Below, piece after piece: positions 1 to 12,229 of a DNA stretch of 64,000 bases; position 1 is the stretch's first letter; each line of letters begins with the position of its first letter. The notes beneath the pieces were generated by a model. The model was not told where the DNA came from. It saw nothing but the letters and a program-made list of their open reading frames with translations, and made no database searches. The translations under genes were made by a program, and so were the position numbers. Source of the DNA: Lama glama (lineage: Eukaryota); NCBI GenBank assembly GCA_028534125.1, contig CM052817.1:50470001-50534000 (forward strand), in the 5' to 3' direction.

Positions 1-363
1 AGTAGCTTTTTCAAAGATAAGTCTTTCTTCTAGGTCTTTTAAATGCTGTGTTTAAATAGAGAACTAAATGCCCAATTTTTGGTCAGTTCAGGGCTTGGGT
101 TTCATGGTGAGTAGAAAGTTGCTGGGACAAATGAAGAATATTTTCTTACTCTCCTACTCTCAGGTTATCTGTTTCACTTAGGAAACTGTGGTAGTCTATA
201 AATTGGAGAAAAACTTCTTTTATCAGATGCTTAAAAATCAATACCAGTCCTTCCTAAATTTTGATATTAGTCTTAATATAAATTGTTGTTGAGAAAATTT
301 GCCTTTTCTTGTTAGTGAAGCAGAAATATGAAATACTGTGCCTCACAAAAAATTGACAACTTC

Positions 364-364
<1 letters not shown>

Positions 365-412
<48 letters not shown>

Positions 413-419
413 GTTATTA
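365..419. repeat. (ATT)n microsatellite
   Basis: Run of attattatt... with one gtt interruption near the end. Confidence 0.95.
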
Positions 420-1979
420 GTTTGTCACAAAGATGACTCATGGTCAGTACCTTGCAAAGTGCTCAGTATATGGCATGTCCTAAGTAAACATTTAATGAAT
501 AAATAATCCCTAACTGCAGAAAAATAAAGTAAAATACAAACATCAGCCTTGACTAGGAGGCTCATTCAATGAGTTGGAGAGTGAAGATTTGTTATTGTGA
601 AATTTTAATAAAATAAGTATTGGAAATGTGACCAGAAGAATGAAACCATCATTATATGAGACCCTGAATTCTTTCCACTCTTCTCATAAGTGGTACTTTC
701 AAAGCTTCTGCTGAGTTCTCGAGTATGCAGAGGCTTGACCTGAGTTTGAGGAAAGGGGCTGTAAGAAATATTTACTTCCCTTTATTTTTATTTTTTTCCT
801 TTCCTAGCAGAGTAGAAGATAGAAGAAAGATAAATGGGAAGAGAAAATAAGAAAGGGGGATGGTCAGGCTTTATAGAATAATGATGAAGTAGACATTTAA
901 GATCAACATGATTTAATATTAAATTTCAATTCTTATTTTGCATTTCTTCCATGCAAATACCTTTTAATTTGCAATACCTTTGTACATGTGCTAGACACGT
1001 GAAAGTTTTCTTTGAATTGTTCTTATGGAAACACAATAAAAGAATAGTGTTCCAAGTTTGGGTCAATGCTGGGATAGAGATAAAAGCGTGAATGAGCAGA
1101 GAATACAAGTTCAGCACAAAATGTAAGTCAGAGACAAAAAAGGGAAAAAGGAAGATTTGTATGGCACACATAGTAAGTCAATTGGGAAAATGGACAAATC
1201 ATTGGGAGTTTATGTAATAAAGTGATGGGACCTTGACTGGAGCTTAAGTGGTGGACTCGTTAATAATAGGTGGCACAAAATTGCACTAAAAATAAATATG
1301 AATAACATAAAGACATCTCTAATTTCCATGGAAAATGTCACAATTCAGACAAATGAGTGATGTATTAAGTCTGAAATATATAATAAAGTGTAGACTTGAT
1401 TTATGGACATTTGAAGTCAGTTGCTTCCTAGGGAGTATGATTTGAAGACTGTCAGAATCATTCTTGTCTTCCCATCATGGAGAAGTCAGGTTCCAATTAG
1501 AGATTAAAAATTATTACCGGGTCTCATGAATAACATCTCTATCCTGTCTTTAGAACCATTTGAGAAACAGATGCATTAGTTAGAGATGTGGAGATCAGGG
1601 TAGGTCTTACTGATGGAATTGTGGCCCAGAATGAGGTAGGTGGACCTCGTACTACTCCTTATCTTGTTCCAGGCCTTTGAGGAAAACTCTGGGCCTAGGG
1701 AATAGGGACACATCGCTCTTCTACTTGCCTGGGGAGAGGAGGGTAGAGGTGCCTGAAATCCCTTGTGCTTAGGGCTTGTGATAGATTAGCTCAGCCAAGT
1801 TGAAAAATGTGGAATGATACCTATGACCGGTCCCCCAGGTGTCACAGTCTACCACATGGAGAGGAGCTGGGGACAGGCAAGAAGTCAAGAGTATTTAGAT
1901 AAAATCCTTTCTCATGGAAAACTGAAACGTCAAATAAACTCCCCAACTTCAACCCAAATACTTTCTCCCCTTTGAACTC

Positions 1980-2280
1980 TGTATAACCCTTGCAGGGGTA
2001 AAACATGCAGTTACCATAACTCAGTAATGCAGTGGTATCAATTACTTTATTAGTTTCTTTCCTGTGTGGTTCCTGATGCCACCCAGCATGCACATCCTCA
2101 CCAGGAACAGGGTACCCTTCTCTGCCTGGTTCTAAAACCACTGCTCTTGCTTCATGGACCTCCTTCTGTCTTGCTGCATGCGGTTCTCCTGACTCTTGTG
2201 GTGCCACCCGTGGGAGGATGGGAGGTGGGAGGAATCCTCCCATCCAGTTTATTTAACAACTAAAAAAACTTTGGTAATCA
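1980..2280 (-). mobile_element. Probable ancient LTR fragment (3' end)
   Basis: Minus strand reads ...AATAAA...ttttacccctgcaagggttataCA, i.e. a poly(A) signal then a terminal CA; GC richer than flanks; family not identified. Confidence 0.35.
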
Positions 2281-4039
2281 GAGGACAGAGAGAACATGAA
2301 GCCACTGGAGACAGAATTTCTGACATGAAAAAGACATTGACAGAAAAAAAGAGAAACTGAAAGATGAGAGAGTCTGCTGAGAGCTCCCACTTAATAATTT
2401 GCTTCAGGGCCAATTTTTATGATGTTTAATTATTGTTATTTGAGATCCATATAGAAGGGAACTTCATAGGAAAAATTAAGAGGTAGGGTGATAAGGGAAA
2501 TGTGAGTATGTTTCACTTTAGGTATCAATTACTGTGAATAACAGACAGTCAACAATTGTGGAAAAAATGGTGTAGTATAAAGATGTGCATACTTAATACA
2601 GCCAATGGAAGCAGATAACTATATTTGTTATTACTTTTTCTTCTTTAAAATCTAAGTAGGTTGAAAAGAGCCAGGAGCCTATTTATTTAAAAAGAATTCT
2701 GGAATAATACACTTTTGAACTTCTTTCCTTCTAATGTCATTTAAGCTATTATGCTGTAATGTGTTTGTGTTCTATGGTATTATTGCTGACTTGAGTGATA
2801 AGACACTCATATAAATAAGGGAATGCAGTTAATTCAAGAAAGAGAGAAGGAAAAAAGGGAGAGGGGAGAGAGAAAGGGAGCGGGAGAGAGGGTAGGAGGA
2901 AGTGGGGCAATATTTAGGGAATCTGCTGAAAATGTTTCTTCTGTATGTGGCAGCCCTTTCTTTACCATACACACATACAGGCTGTCCTACATTTGAAACT
3001 CCATCTCCTCCCATTGGAGGATGGCTGGTATCTTTGTACAAGTAGCCATTTCATTTTAGTTGGGCATTAGCTTGAGCTGTCTGCTGCATGGGTTTCCCAG
3101 TGGTCTACAGCTATGAGAGTGTTTGAAGTTATGCTTCAGGGTATCTTTAAAAACATTTTGCTTCTAATCTCCCTGTTTGTAGTTACCCTACTTTCCTCCT
3201 CATCCAAAAGCTGCTTGAATATCCTGTGCACATCCATTCTCCCACCGGTCCAACTCAGTAGATCAACAAAGCCGTCCATATTTATTGAGCTCCAGTTATG
3301 TGCAAGACGCAGAGAGGTGGCTATATTTATTGTTTCAGTGCAGATTGACTGGCTGCATTCCAGGGTCTCCTTGTTGGTAATTCTGACTTGCCATTAAATG
3401 AAAAGTAGAACTTTTAGATGTTGCTAATCAACGGTTCGAAAGCAAATGTTTCATCTAGAAGAGACATATCAAAATAATGGAAAATAGTTAAATATAAAAT
3501 TTTCTTCTGAAAAAAAACCAGAAGAGTATTTTTTTTAATGAGGATCAGAATTACCAAAACCATTTAAGATAAAGAAGAGAACTGTAATTTTCTTAGACAG
3601 AAACATCCAGGAAGCTTTTCACGATGAGTTCAGGGCTTTTGGTTAGGTGCTGTAAGCTTGGTTTTGGGATTTTTGCATTGTGAAACATAAATGAAATACT
3701 TCAGTCCCCTCACATTTCAAATTTCTCAAAATTATATTAAAACTGGAGAGTTATGAGGCTTAGGATTAATATGCAAAAAGCACATTGTGATTATGATTTG
3801 AAATATAAAGATAAAAACAAACATTATTTATATTTAAATGATCTACTATGAGGACATTGTCTCAAAATTTTGCGTGAGTTAGCTTTCTAGGGAACTACAG
3901 ATTGATCAGTTATTAAAGTGTTTGGTATCAATTTATTCATCTCATATTTCATCTATATGACATAGAGTTGAGATGGTAGGTATCAGAATATGACACACAT
4001 GCATTGTTAACTGTCTCCAGTACTCTAATAGCAACCTTG

Positions 4040-4190
4040 GCAAAGATACTCCCAGGTTTCCAAATCTCAACTGTAAAATGGGGATGATGATACCATCACC
4101 TCATTCAACTGTTTTGAAGATTGTATCAGATAAGTGCTTAATACAGTTCCTGACATGTACATGTTGGGTATTATCCCTATCGTTATTATT
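4040..4190 (+). mobile_element. MIR SINE fragment
   Basis: MIR core-like 'tttccaaatctcaactgtaaaatggggatgatgatacc...aagtgcttaatacagttcctgacat'. Confidence 0.75.
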
Positions 4191-4364
4191 CTTACCTTTT
4201 AAAAACTCACCAGAAAACAATGAAAGATATATAAATATATCATGCTAGCTAGCCAAAGTGAACAGATTTAAAAAATACTCTTCATTATAAAATGACTGAT
4301 AAGATGAGAGTTAGACAATACCTGAAGTTAATAGTGACAACAAGAATGGTGCTGAAGAGGGAAG

Positions 4365-4580
4365 ACTCTGCTCTTTGACTTTAGGAAGGCTGTTAAGCCT
4401 GGATTGCCTCAATTTTCCACGTGATGCTATAACTGCAGTCTCCGCTTCATGGACTTATATGAGAATTTGGTGAGTTAATACATGTAAATCAGTTATAGGA
4501 AGCACAGTGTCTGACACTGTGTCAAAGCATATTTGTTATTCTCATTAGTATCATCATTGTCATTATTAGCATTATTATCA
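4365..4580 (+). mobile_element. MIR SINE fragment
   Basis: 'gcctcaattttccac...tgagttaatacatgtaaa...cacagtgtctgacac...ttattatca'. Confidence 0.65.
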
Positions 4581-4619
4581 CTAGGCTAAATCTTGGAAAC
4601 TAGGTAGCTTATTCATTTA

Positions 4620-5149
4620 AACCACTTGATAGGAGACTGCAGTGGAGGTGTTTGAAGTGTCACTCCTACCTCTCTTTCTATATTCTGAACCAATTCAAGG
4701 ATGATCAGAGAAAATGACCACAACATTAGCTTCATAACGAATAAAGCCTGCAACCAAAATCAGGATTCCTTGTCTTTCCCCAATGGACTCAAATCTCCCT
4801 ACCTTAAACTCCAGGTTTTTATCCTTTCTAAGCAGAGCCTCCCCTGATAGAATTATCACTTGAAGCAGAGGAGAGAGTTTGTAGTCAGTTCTGGAGAGGG
4901 CACCCAGAGAGGTTTGAGCTACACCTGCCCAGAGCCTTTCTCTCAGTCTCATCTCTCAAATGAACCATGCCTCTTCTCTAGAGAAAGGCTGAATGAGAGG
5001 ATGGTGGTGGAGAGCTATATTTCCTCCAGTACTGCTCCCTCCTGGGAAGGGCAATGTAAGTTTCCTCCCTCTATGAGATTGTGAGATGTAAGGGGATAAA
5101 GCCACACCTATCAATCTGGACTGACACACTTTAGACCTGGCAAGCCCCA
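4620..5149 (-). mobile_element. Probable 3' LTR of the Gypsy-like provirus
   Basis: Begins with TG immediately after the purine tract GGAAAAAAGCAGGGAGAG (5167-5150, minus) downstream of pol-like remnants; left boundary approximate. Confidence 0.5.
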
Positions 5150-7790
5150 CTCTCCCTGCTTTTTTCCTGGATCATTAAGTAAGACTGAAATTTCTTGCAC
5201 TTGAGAATTTACTATGTGGAAAATGGGACTTTGATGGACAGCACTTCTCCATCTTGCAGCAGTGGTTTGGAGATTAAAGACGGTGACTGCCTTGGAGATG
5301 TTCCAAGAGCCTCACATAATATGGCCATTATATTCAGGTATCATGAACTAGGTAATAGGTCTTGGAGAATGCTAACAATTTTAATAGCTGGTTTGTTTTT
5401 CTTTAGCGATGATTCCTTCTGATTTTTTCCATTTTTAATCAGGCAGAAGTTACTTCCAATTTCCTTTGTTTGTGAGAACTTTGTTTTCTCCCAAAAAATT
5501 GAGGCCTCTTTCAAGATGAGAAAAATATAGTCTTTAAGTTTTTCTTGACATTTATCCCAAAATAGCAATGTAGCTGAAATCAAGTGGGAACATTTAGAAA
5601 GCTAGAATGATAATTGCAAAAAAGAGGGAGAGAGTGAAGTGGTTTTCAGTGCTTTTGTTAAAAAGTTTATACATGTCACACTATAATACATCTTATTTTT
5701 GAAATGCATGGAAAGTTGTCTCCAGTTTGATTTTGTTCAGATAGTGTGGCTGCCAATTCCTTCCGCAGCACTCTGCCACTTGGCTTGTTTCCAATGATGC
5801 CATGTGTAGTTTTCCCTTGCCTCCTCCCTTTTCTAAATGCAGAGGAAAACAAGTCCATTCTGGCATTAGCTTACAAGCTATACAAGTGGCATTAAAATTC
5901 AAGATATGAATATCTTTAACTCAGAGGTCCAATTGCATTCACAATTCCTCAAGTTTCCATTTCGATGAATGTAACTTTATTGTTAAATGTGATAGTCTCA
6001 AAGTTTATAGAAGAATGTGATCTGAGTTCAAGCCAAAATTGGAGTGATTTTCGTTTATCAATTTTGAGCATTTTATTTTAGTTTTTCTTGGATGTATTGA
6101 AAATGAGATGCTATTGCGCTCTTCATTGACTTCTACTTTATCAAATTCCCTTTCTTTTAAAAAATATATTATCCAGATGATCCTTATCTAGTGTATTTTA
6201 TAACAATTTCCTATGTGAAATTTAGAGAAGGAAATCAAGTTTTCTGTGCCTAGGTAGCATCCATATAAATCTTTTGTCCAGTGAGCAGAGCATCGATTAC
6301 TTGTATTAGGAGACAATACTGTTCTGCATTTTTTTCTTCAAACCTTGTCATTTATTCTTTTGTGTTAGTGGGCAATCCATCCACTCTATCTGCATGTCAA
6401 TAGCTATATCCACATGTTGTGAATATGATTATCAACCACCTGCTAACTCCTAGGGAAAATTAATGTGCTCTTATTTCACAGATTTTTCCTTCTAAGGAAC
6501 TTGAATTGATCTACACATATGCCATTGATCCTTACCAAATCTTGAAGAGGGAGTTGGCAGATGTCTTTATGTTACAGATGGTTCCTCAGGTGGCTCCCCT
6601 CTCTGTTCTGCACCTGGAAAGCTTGCAGTGGACACAGTGGATCTGCCACCAAGACAGGTGGCAGTGTCTAGAAACCTCCAGGGTTGGGGGAGTGCTTTGT
6701 GCACAGTTGAGACACATTTCCCTAGGTTTTGCAGTGCCTTTGTGACATCTGCCCTTATTTAATGGGCTGCAACCATTGATACACTCATTAATGCTCTTTA
6801 TAGGAATAATTTCTGTTTCTTTGGGGCTTTAAGAAGGGGAGAAAAGAGGTAGACAAAACAGCTTCTGTCCTTCTTGTCTCTCACTCCTTATCTATCTTCC
6901 TACAAGAGGTAAAGTCAAAGTGAGTGAACAAAATAAGCAGACATCCAGTCTTGAGAACTGCAGAATATAGAATAGGAGCTAATATGGTGAAGGTTTAGAT
7001 CAGTAAGAAGTTAAAGCCCTTTTCATTTCAATACCTTCTCTATATTGAGTCCAGTATAAATTCAGATATTTATTGCATTGGTCTTAAGCACATTAAGTGC
7101 ATCACCCATCTCCTTAAGCATAAAGATGTCACAATTCAGTCCACAGTAGCTGATCTAATAGGCAGATTGTCAATAAGCATATTAGCTGAGTAGACTCATC
7201 TTAGACAGTTCATATCAATGACTGGACGATCTTGCTGCCACTCACTGAATAAGTTTATGGATGTTTTGGTTCCAAATTTTGGAAAATGAACCTCTCTGGA
7301 TGCTAGAATAGCTGGTCTGCCCCTGTGTGTTGCAGGTAGGAGACAGGCTGTCTGTAGATGTAAGTGAATTTGAGAAGCAGTGAAGTGGAAGGGACTCAAG
7401 GACTATACCAGCTTGCTGCTTGGAAACTGTCCAACACCATGTCAAAACAGTAGGAGCTCTCTGTGCACCTGCCCAAGCTGCACTTAAAATTAATGATTAT
7501 TTGTGAGAACAGACAAGGAGGAAAATCTACTTTGTTCACAAGTTTGTGGTGTGGATTAGCTTCATCGGTATCTAATGGCTGACTGCCACTGAGCTGATCT
7601 TTTTTTGTACTTTCTGGCTCTTTCCTCAGGATGCCAGAAGCTCTTTGTTTAGCTAGTGCTTTATCTAATGCTGGCACAATCAATTCCACCTCATTCTCTC
7701 TCAGCACAATTGGCAGGACTCTGTTGTTTATAGGGAAGGTATTTCCCTCTAATTTAATATCTGGAATCTTTCTACATTACTTCCATTTTT
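5150..7790 (-). mobile_element. Decayed Ty3/Gypsy LTR-retrotransposon internal region (MamGypsy-like gag-pol fossil)
   Basis: Minus-strand motifs in canonical order: PNMA/Gag-CA-like IVPALDKALAK...DQ...FPPCLFSQII (frame 7776-7396); protease-like IDNLPIRSATVD*IVT (~7174-7127); RT-like QVVDNHIHNM (~6442-6413), QYCLLIQVIDALLTGQKIY (~6321-6265), EFDKV...ASHFQ (~6153-6098), KLHSSKWKL (~5980-5950); RNase H-like ELAATLSEQ (~5760-5733) and FWDKCQEKLKDYIF (~5563-5522); then a PPT. Confidence 0.7.
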
Positions 7791-8283
7791 AAAAAAATCT
7801 CCCTTTGTCTCTTCCCTATGTTCTTCTCTTTTCTCTCTCTCTTCCTTCAAGCTATATAAAGACCTATCATGTAACTGAATTTCTAACTTTTATTGTTCTT
7901 TACTCTTGGGGTCTTTTAACTTATTTTTCAAGGTAAAAAATTTTTTAAATGTCTCATCCCAGTGTATTTCTCTTGCTTTAAAATGTACCAGTGAAACGCT
8001 GATTTATGCATAAGCAGATTTATGCATGCAGTTTGTTCATTGTTTAGCAATAAATGTCTACATTATATAATGAGGCTGGCGTACAGAATGTTTTAGTGGT
8101 ACAAATTAAAGGCCCCCATAGTAAGTACAAAGTTACCCATTATAATGTCCCATAAACATATTTTTATTACAAATCCAGTGGGAGTCCTGCTTATCATTGT
8201 CATCTTCATCATTGTGTTTATCTTCTGTGAGTACCTGCATGGTACAGAAGATCAAATAATCATCTATCTTGGACCCTTTAGGG

Positions 8284-8575
8284 CAGTGGTCTCCAAAAGC
8301 CTTGGCTTGCAGTTTCCCATCAGTTAGAGGTTTTGAATATATATTTTATATATTATATTATATATATTTAAACTTTTGAAGTATATACCTTTATAAGTAT
8401 AAATTATGTACTAATATATGATTACTCCTGTACCATAAAGCACGTTATGAAAAAAATATATATGCTGACATTTAAAAGCCTGCAGTGGAATGGCTAGAAA
8501 TGGAAGTTCTGATATTTTTCCTTGCACTCCAGTAGATTATATTCTGCATACCCAGAGGTGTATACTTTGGGAATG
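8284..8575. mobile_element. hAT-Charlie non-autonomous element (Charlie18a-like)
   Basis: Starts CAGTGGTCTCCAA; the other end (rc cccaaagtatacacctctgggtatgca...aaatatcagaacttcc) resembles a remembered Charlie end; AT-rich interior. Confidence 0.55.
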
Positions 8576-8765
8576 AGTAATTCCTACATCTGATTGATCA
8601 TTAAAAAAGCCTAGAGAAATTTAAAAAATTTATATGGCCTCATCCTCTCCCTGTACTTCTTCAATTAGAATCTCTAACTGAGATTGGAAGGTACTGTACA
8701 TGCATTTTGTAAACACTTCTCAGTCATTTCAATGATCTGCTACATGTGGGAGTCACTGCTCTAGG
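8576..8765. mobile_element. MER5-like hAT element
   Basis: 'caattagaatctct...catgcattttgtaaacacttctcagtcatt...gggagtcactgctctag'. Confidence 0.55.
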
Positions 8766-8872
8766 GCAGATGTTTTTCAGAAGGGCCATCGTTTAGCGCA
8801 TCAACATGAAATCCAGCTGGATGCAGTGAATAGAATTTTGGGATTCCCAAGAGACTTTTGACATTAACAAAG

Positions 8873-9280
8873 TGCTATGGGTTGAATTGGGTTACTCAGA
8901 AAGATATTGAATTCCTAATATCTGTGAATATGACCTTATTTAGAAATAGGATCTTTATGGGTGATCAAGTTAAGATGAGGTCATCAGTGTGGGCCCTAAT
9001 CAGGTATGACTGGTGTCTTCACAGAGGTAAATTAGGACACAGAAACAGACATGCACACAGGTAGAAGACCATGGGACGGTTGGAGTAATACTGCTAGAAT
9101 CCAAGGCACTAGCAGAGGGGCTTGGAACACATGCTGCTCTAGTACCCACCAAAGGAGCATGGCCTGCTGTCACCTTGATCTTGGACGTTTAGCATCCAGA
9201 ACTATGAGACAAAAAATTTTTGGCGTTTAAACCACCCAGTTTGTGGTACTTTTTTATGGTAGCACAAGGGAACAAATGCA
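8873..9280 (+). mobile_element. MaLR solo LTR (MLT1B/C-like)
   Basis: TGCTATGGGTTGAATTG start; 'gaccttatttagaaataggatcttt...aagttaagatgaggtcat'; 'tttaaaccacccagtttgtggtact' and a CA end. Confidence 0.9.
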
Positions 9281-9469
9281 CAGGGAAGAAAACCAGGTAT
9301 AATCAAGCCACCCAAAACAGTGAAAACCAACTAAGCCAAAAATGCCAAATCACCTTAACCTTTGCTTTTTTTCTCTTCTTTTTGGCATTTGTTTCCCATC
9401 GCCCATAGGGGAGTGTCTACTTTTAGAATGAATTGTATAAGTATAAAATATTCTAATCTAATTGTGCTT

Positions 9470-10130
9470 TAACAGAACAAAGTTTAATTTATATTTCAAT
9501 ATAAAAAGGTAAACATATACACTCTCAAAAACTTAAAAAGATATAAAACTGAAAAAAGAATATGAACAACTATGCCAGTACAACCTTTGTAAACATTTGG
9601 TATATTCCCATATGCTCTTTTTTCCCTCTATATATTTAAAAAATATATTTAAGAACTTAATAAAAGATATTTCATATGGATGGATAGATTGAAAGTGATA
9701 TCTGTATTTCCATACTTTTAAAAATAGTTATAGACCTTTGGTTAAATGGATGTATTTAACTATGGTCCTTGAGAATAACAGAAGAGAAAATAAATCCATA
9801 CAGGCAAAGTAAATGAGAGGAAAGATGACAGCAGAAAGAGGTTCAACAAAATTACGAAAGAGAGAAAGCAAAGAACAAATGGTAACTGACCTGACAGGTC
9901 AGAGAAAGGGGAAATCTGCCTGCCTGCAAGTGGAGGCTTAACAATGCTATGGGGTGAGTCATTTTTTCCGAAAACACTTTGAAATGCTCAGGAATTGGAG
10001 TCAGCAGGTACAACTAAAATTGGAGGAGAAACTTAAAACAGAAAGAGCTGTTGAAAATTCTTATGAGTTTCTTCCAGATCCCACATGCAGGGAGTGTTTC
10101 TTTCATTTTTGTAAGGCACTGATTCTAACC
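9470..10130. mobile_element. Old L1ME/HAL1-like fragments
   Basis: Degenerate L1ME-like 3' region (minus) followed by an A-rich L1/HAL1 5'-like segment (plus). Confidence 0.4.
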
Positions 10131-12229
10131 AAATGAAATCTTGACTTAACTAAAGCAATTCATAATCAAAGCAATTGGATATCTTAGAAAATGCCAATAA
10201 TTGTCTCTGATTCTAGTTCTGCCAGCTTTTAAAGATCTGATTTTTTCCTTCGTCTGGTGGAACTTATTAATATTGCAAACAGTGATTTTCTAATAATTTT
10301 TTTCTCTTAGACATTAAAGAGTAGACACTGCAGGGACTAAAGTTTCATTTTATTAGAAAGTTTTACAAAATATAAAATAATAAAAAATATTTTGTAGGAT
10401 AAGACATGTCTCAAAACACTGAAATGTTCTTCTCAGAATGATGAATGCAAAGTACAATATGAACTTTGTATGTGAATTAGGTAAAGTTAATTCTATCCTA
10501 GAAATAACATCATTTCTATTACCTTTCTTTAGAATAATTCTTTTAGATAAATAATGAACCATTAAACAAAGGATGCTTGCTCATATGTGCATAGTTATCC
10601 TAATGTCAGTGTTTGCCAATAATTCAAATATAGATAATAATCAGTTAATTTTTGTCATATTCCATTCAACATAAAAATATTCCTTGGAAGAGGAATGTTT
10701 TGGTCATTATGATTTTAATTATATGTTAATATCATTAATTCACAAATTTTGGGTGAACTTTACTTGGGATGAAACTATTCTAGTTTGTATCACCTGATAC
10801 TACAGTGATGAGGTACTTTGTTATGGTAATGCAGTACTACGCATCATATAGAAGGATATAACTAGTACCCTGATAATGGTTACTTACTTAAGTTATAAAA
10901 AAGTTTGGATTGAGATTTTTAAAAATGCATATACACAATGTAGTATATCCAAAGTTCAATTACTTCTTAAAGTAATTAGGGACTCCATAAATTCTGAAAT
11001 TAATAAATATTTTTAGCATCAAGTATGTTCAGTATTTTTCTAAGAGCTTTTAGGTGCCTAGGAAGTTGCAATATAATGTAAAATAGCTATTAAGTGGTGA
11101 ATTAAACCAACTAACACTCTAAACTTGCTTTTCAAATAATTCAATTCAAAAAGAATGGATGATCTTATATTTTCCCTGTAGTCTTAATGGTCTTTAGAGC
11201 AGGACCTGAAGCTGCTGAACTATTTAACTGTTTAGTATTGGGGTTATGAGAAGGAACTGAAGTGGGAGAAGATGAAGCGTAGATGCTTCTATTATGGTCT
11301 GTATGGGTTATGCGTTCTTGAGATAACTTAAATAGTCGGAGATGTCACAGTATGACATTGGAAGCTGCCTAGAGGAAATACCTACTACAAAAAATAACAA
11401 TTCATCTTTTCCTTGGAAATATTGGTTCCTCTTTCTTTTTGTTTTCTTTTTAATTTTTTTTTTATTTTGCTAAATATGATCAAGTAAGTCTGCTTGGATT
11501 AATTCTGCATTGCTATGCTTCCCTTTCACCCCTCTGATGCAGCATACAGGGTCCTTTAATGGGTAACTAATTCCTGGCAAAAAGTCATTGGTGGTACCAT
11601 TCTTAGTTTGAGATACTCTGCAAACCTGTGATTTCCCTCTTTTCTTTCTTGCCAATCAGCTAGATAAAATGAGTATATTATTATGATAGAATTCCATCAG
11701 GTTTGTAGCTTTTTAGAATAAATGCACTGATACAGATCTTATTTTATTGAAGAAAGCAAAATAATTTAATTGTTTTCTTCTACAGAGAATGCACTAAAGA
11801 ACATACATAGTCCTGCTTATTAGATTCTTAAGGTATTTTAAGTGGGTTATTTGAAAAACACAATATAAGAAAATGACTGATCAGATATTAGATTGGAACC
11901 AAACTTTGTATTTGAGTGTAGCTTGTGCATATTTTATAGCTTCAATGAACTAAATTTATTAGAGGAAGAATAAATGGTTAAAATGAGCTATTTAAACCTC
12001 CTAAAGCCAATTGCCCTGAACTTTTTCACTAAATGCGTCATCCATCATTAATATTGATGAGTAAAAAGGGTAGAAAATTGTTATGTTAGTGACAACACTG
12101 AGTGGTTATTTCTGAGGGAGAAGATAAAAGCAATTATTTAGCAATGAGAATCTAAGATGACATTAATCCATAAACACATTCAAACAAAGGGAGAGAATAG
12201 GTTTCTAAATATTGAAAATTCATTTAAAA

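Noticed and set aside
1842..2243. 133-aa minus-strand ORF
   Set aside because: No recognisable homology; lies in LTR-like sequence
6100..7400. Processed pseudogene of a cellular methyltransferase (LPIRSATVD..VTSL)
   Set aside because: Surrounding motifs fit Gypsy protease and RT in order much better
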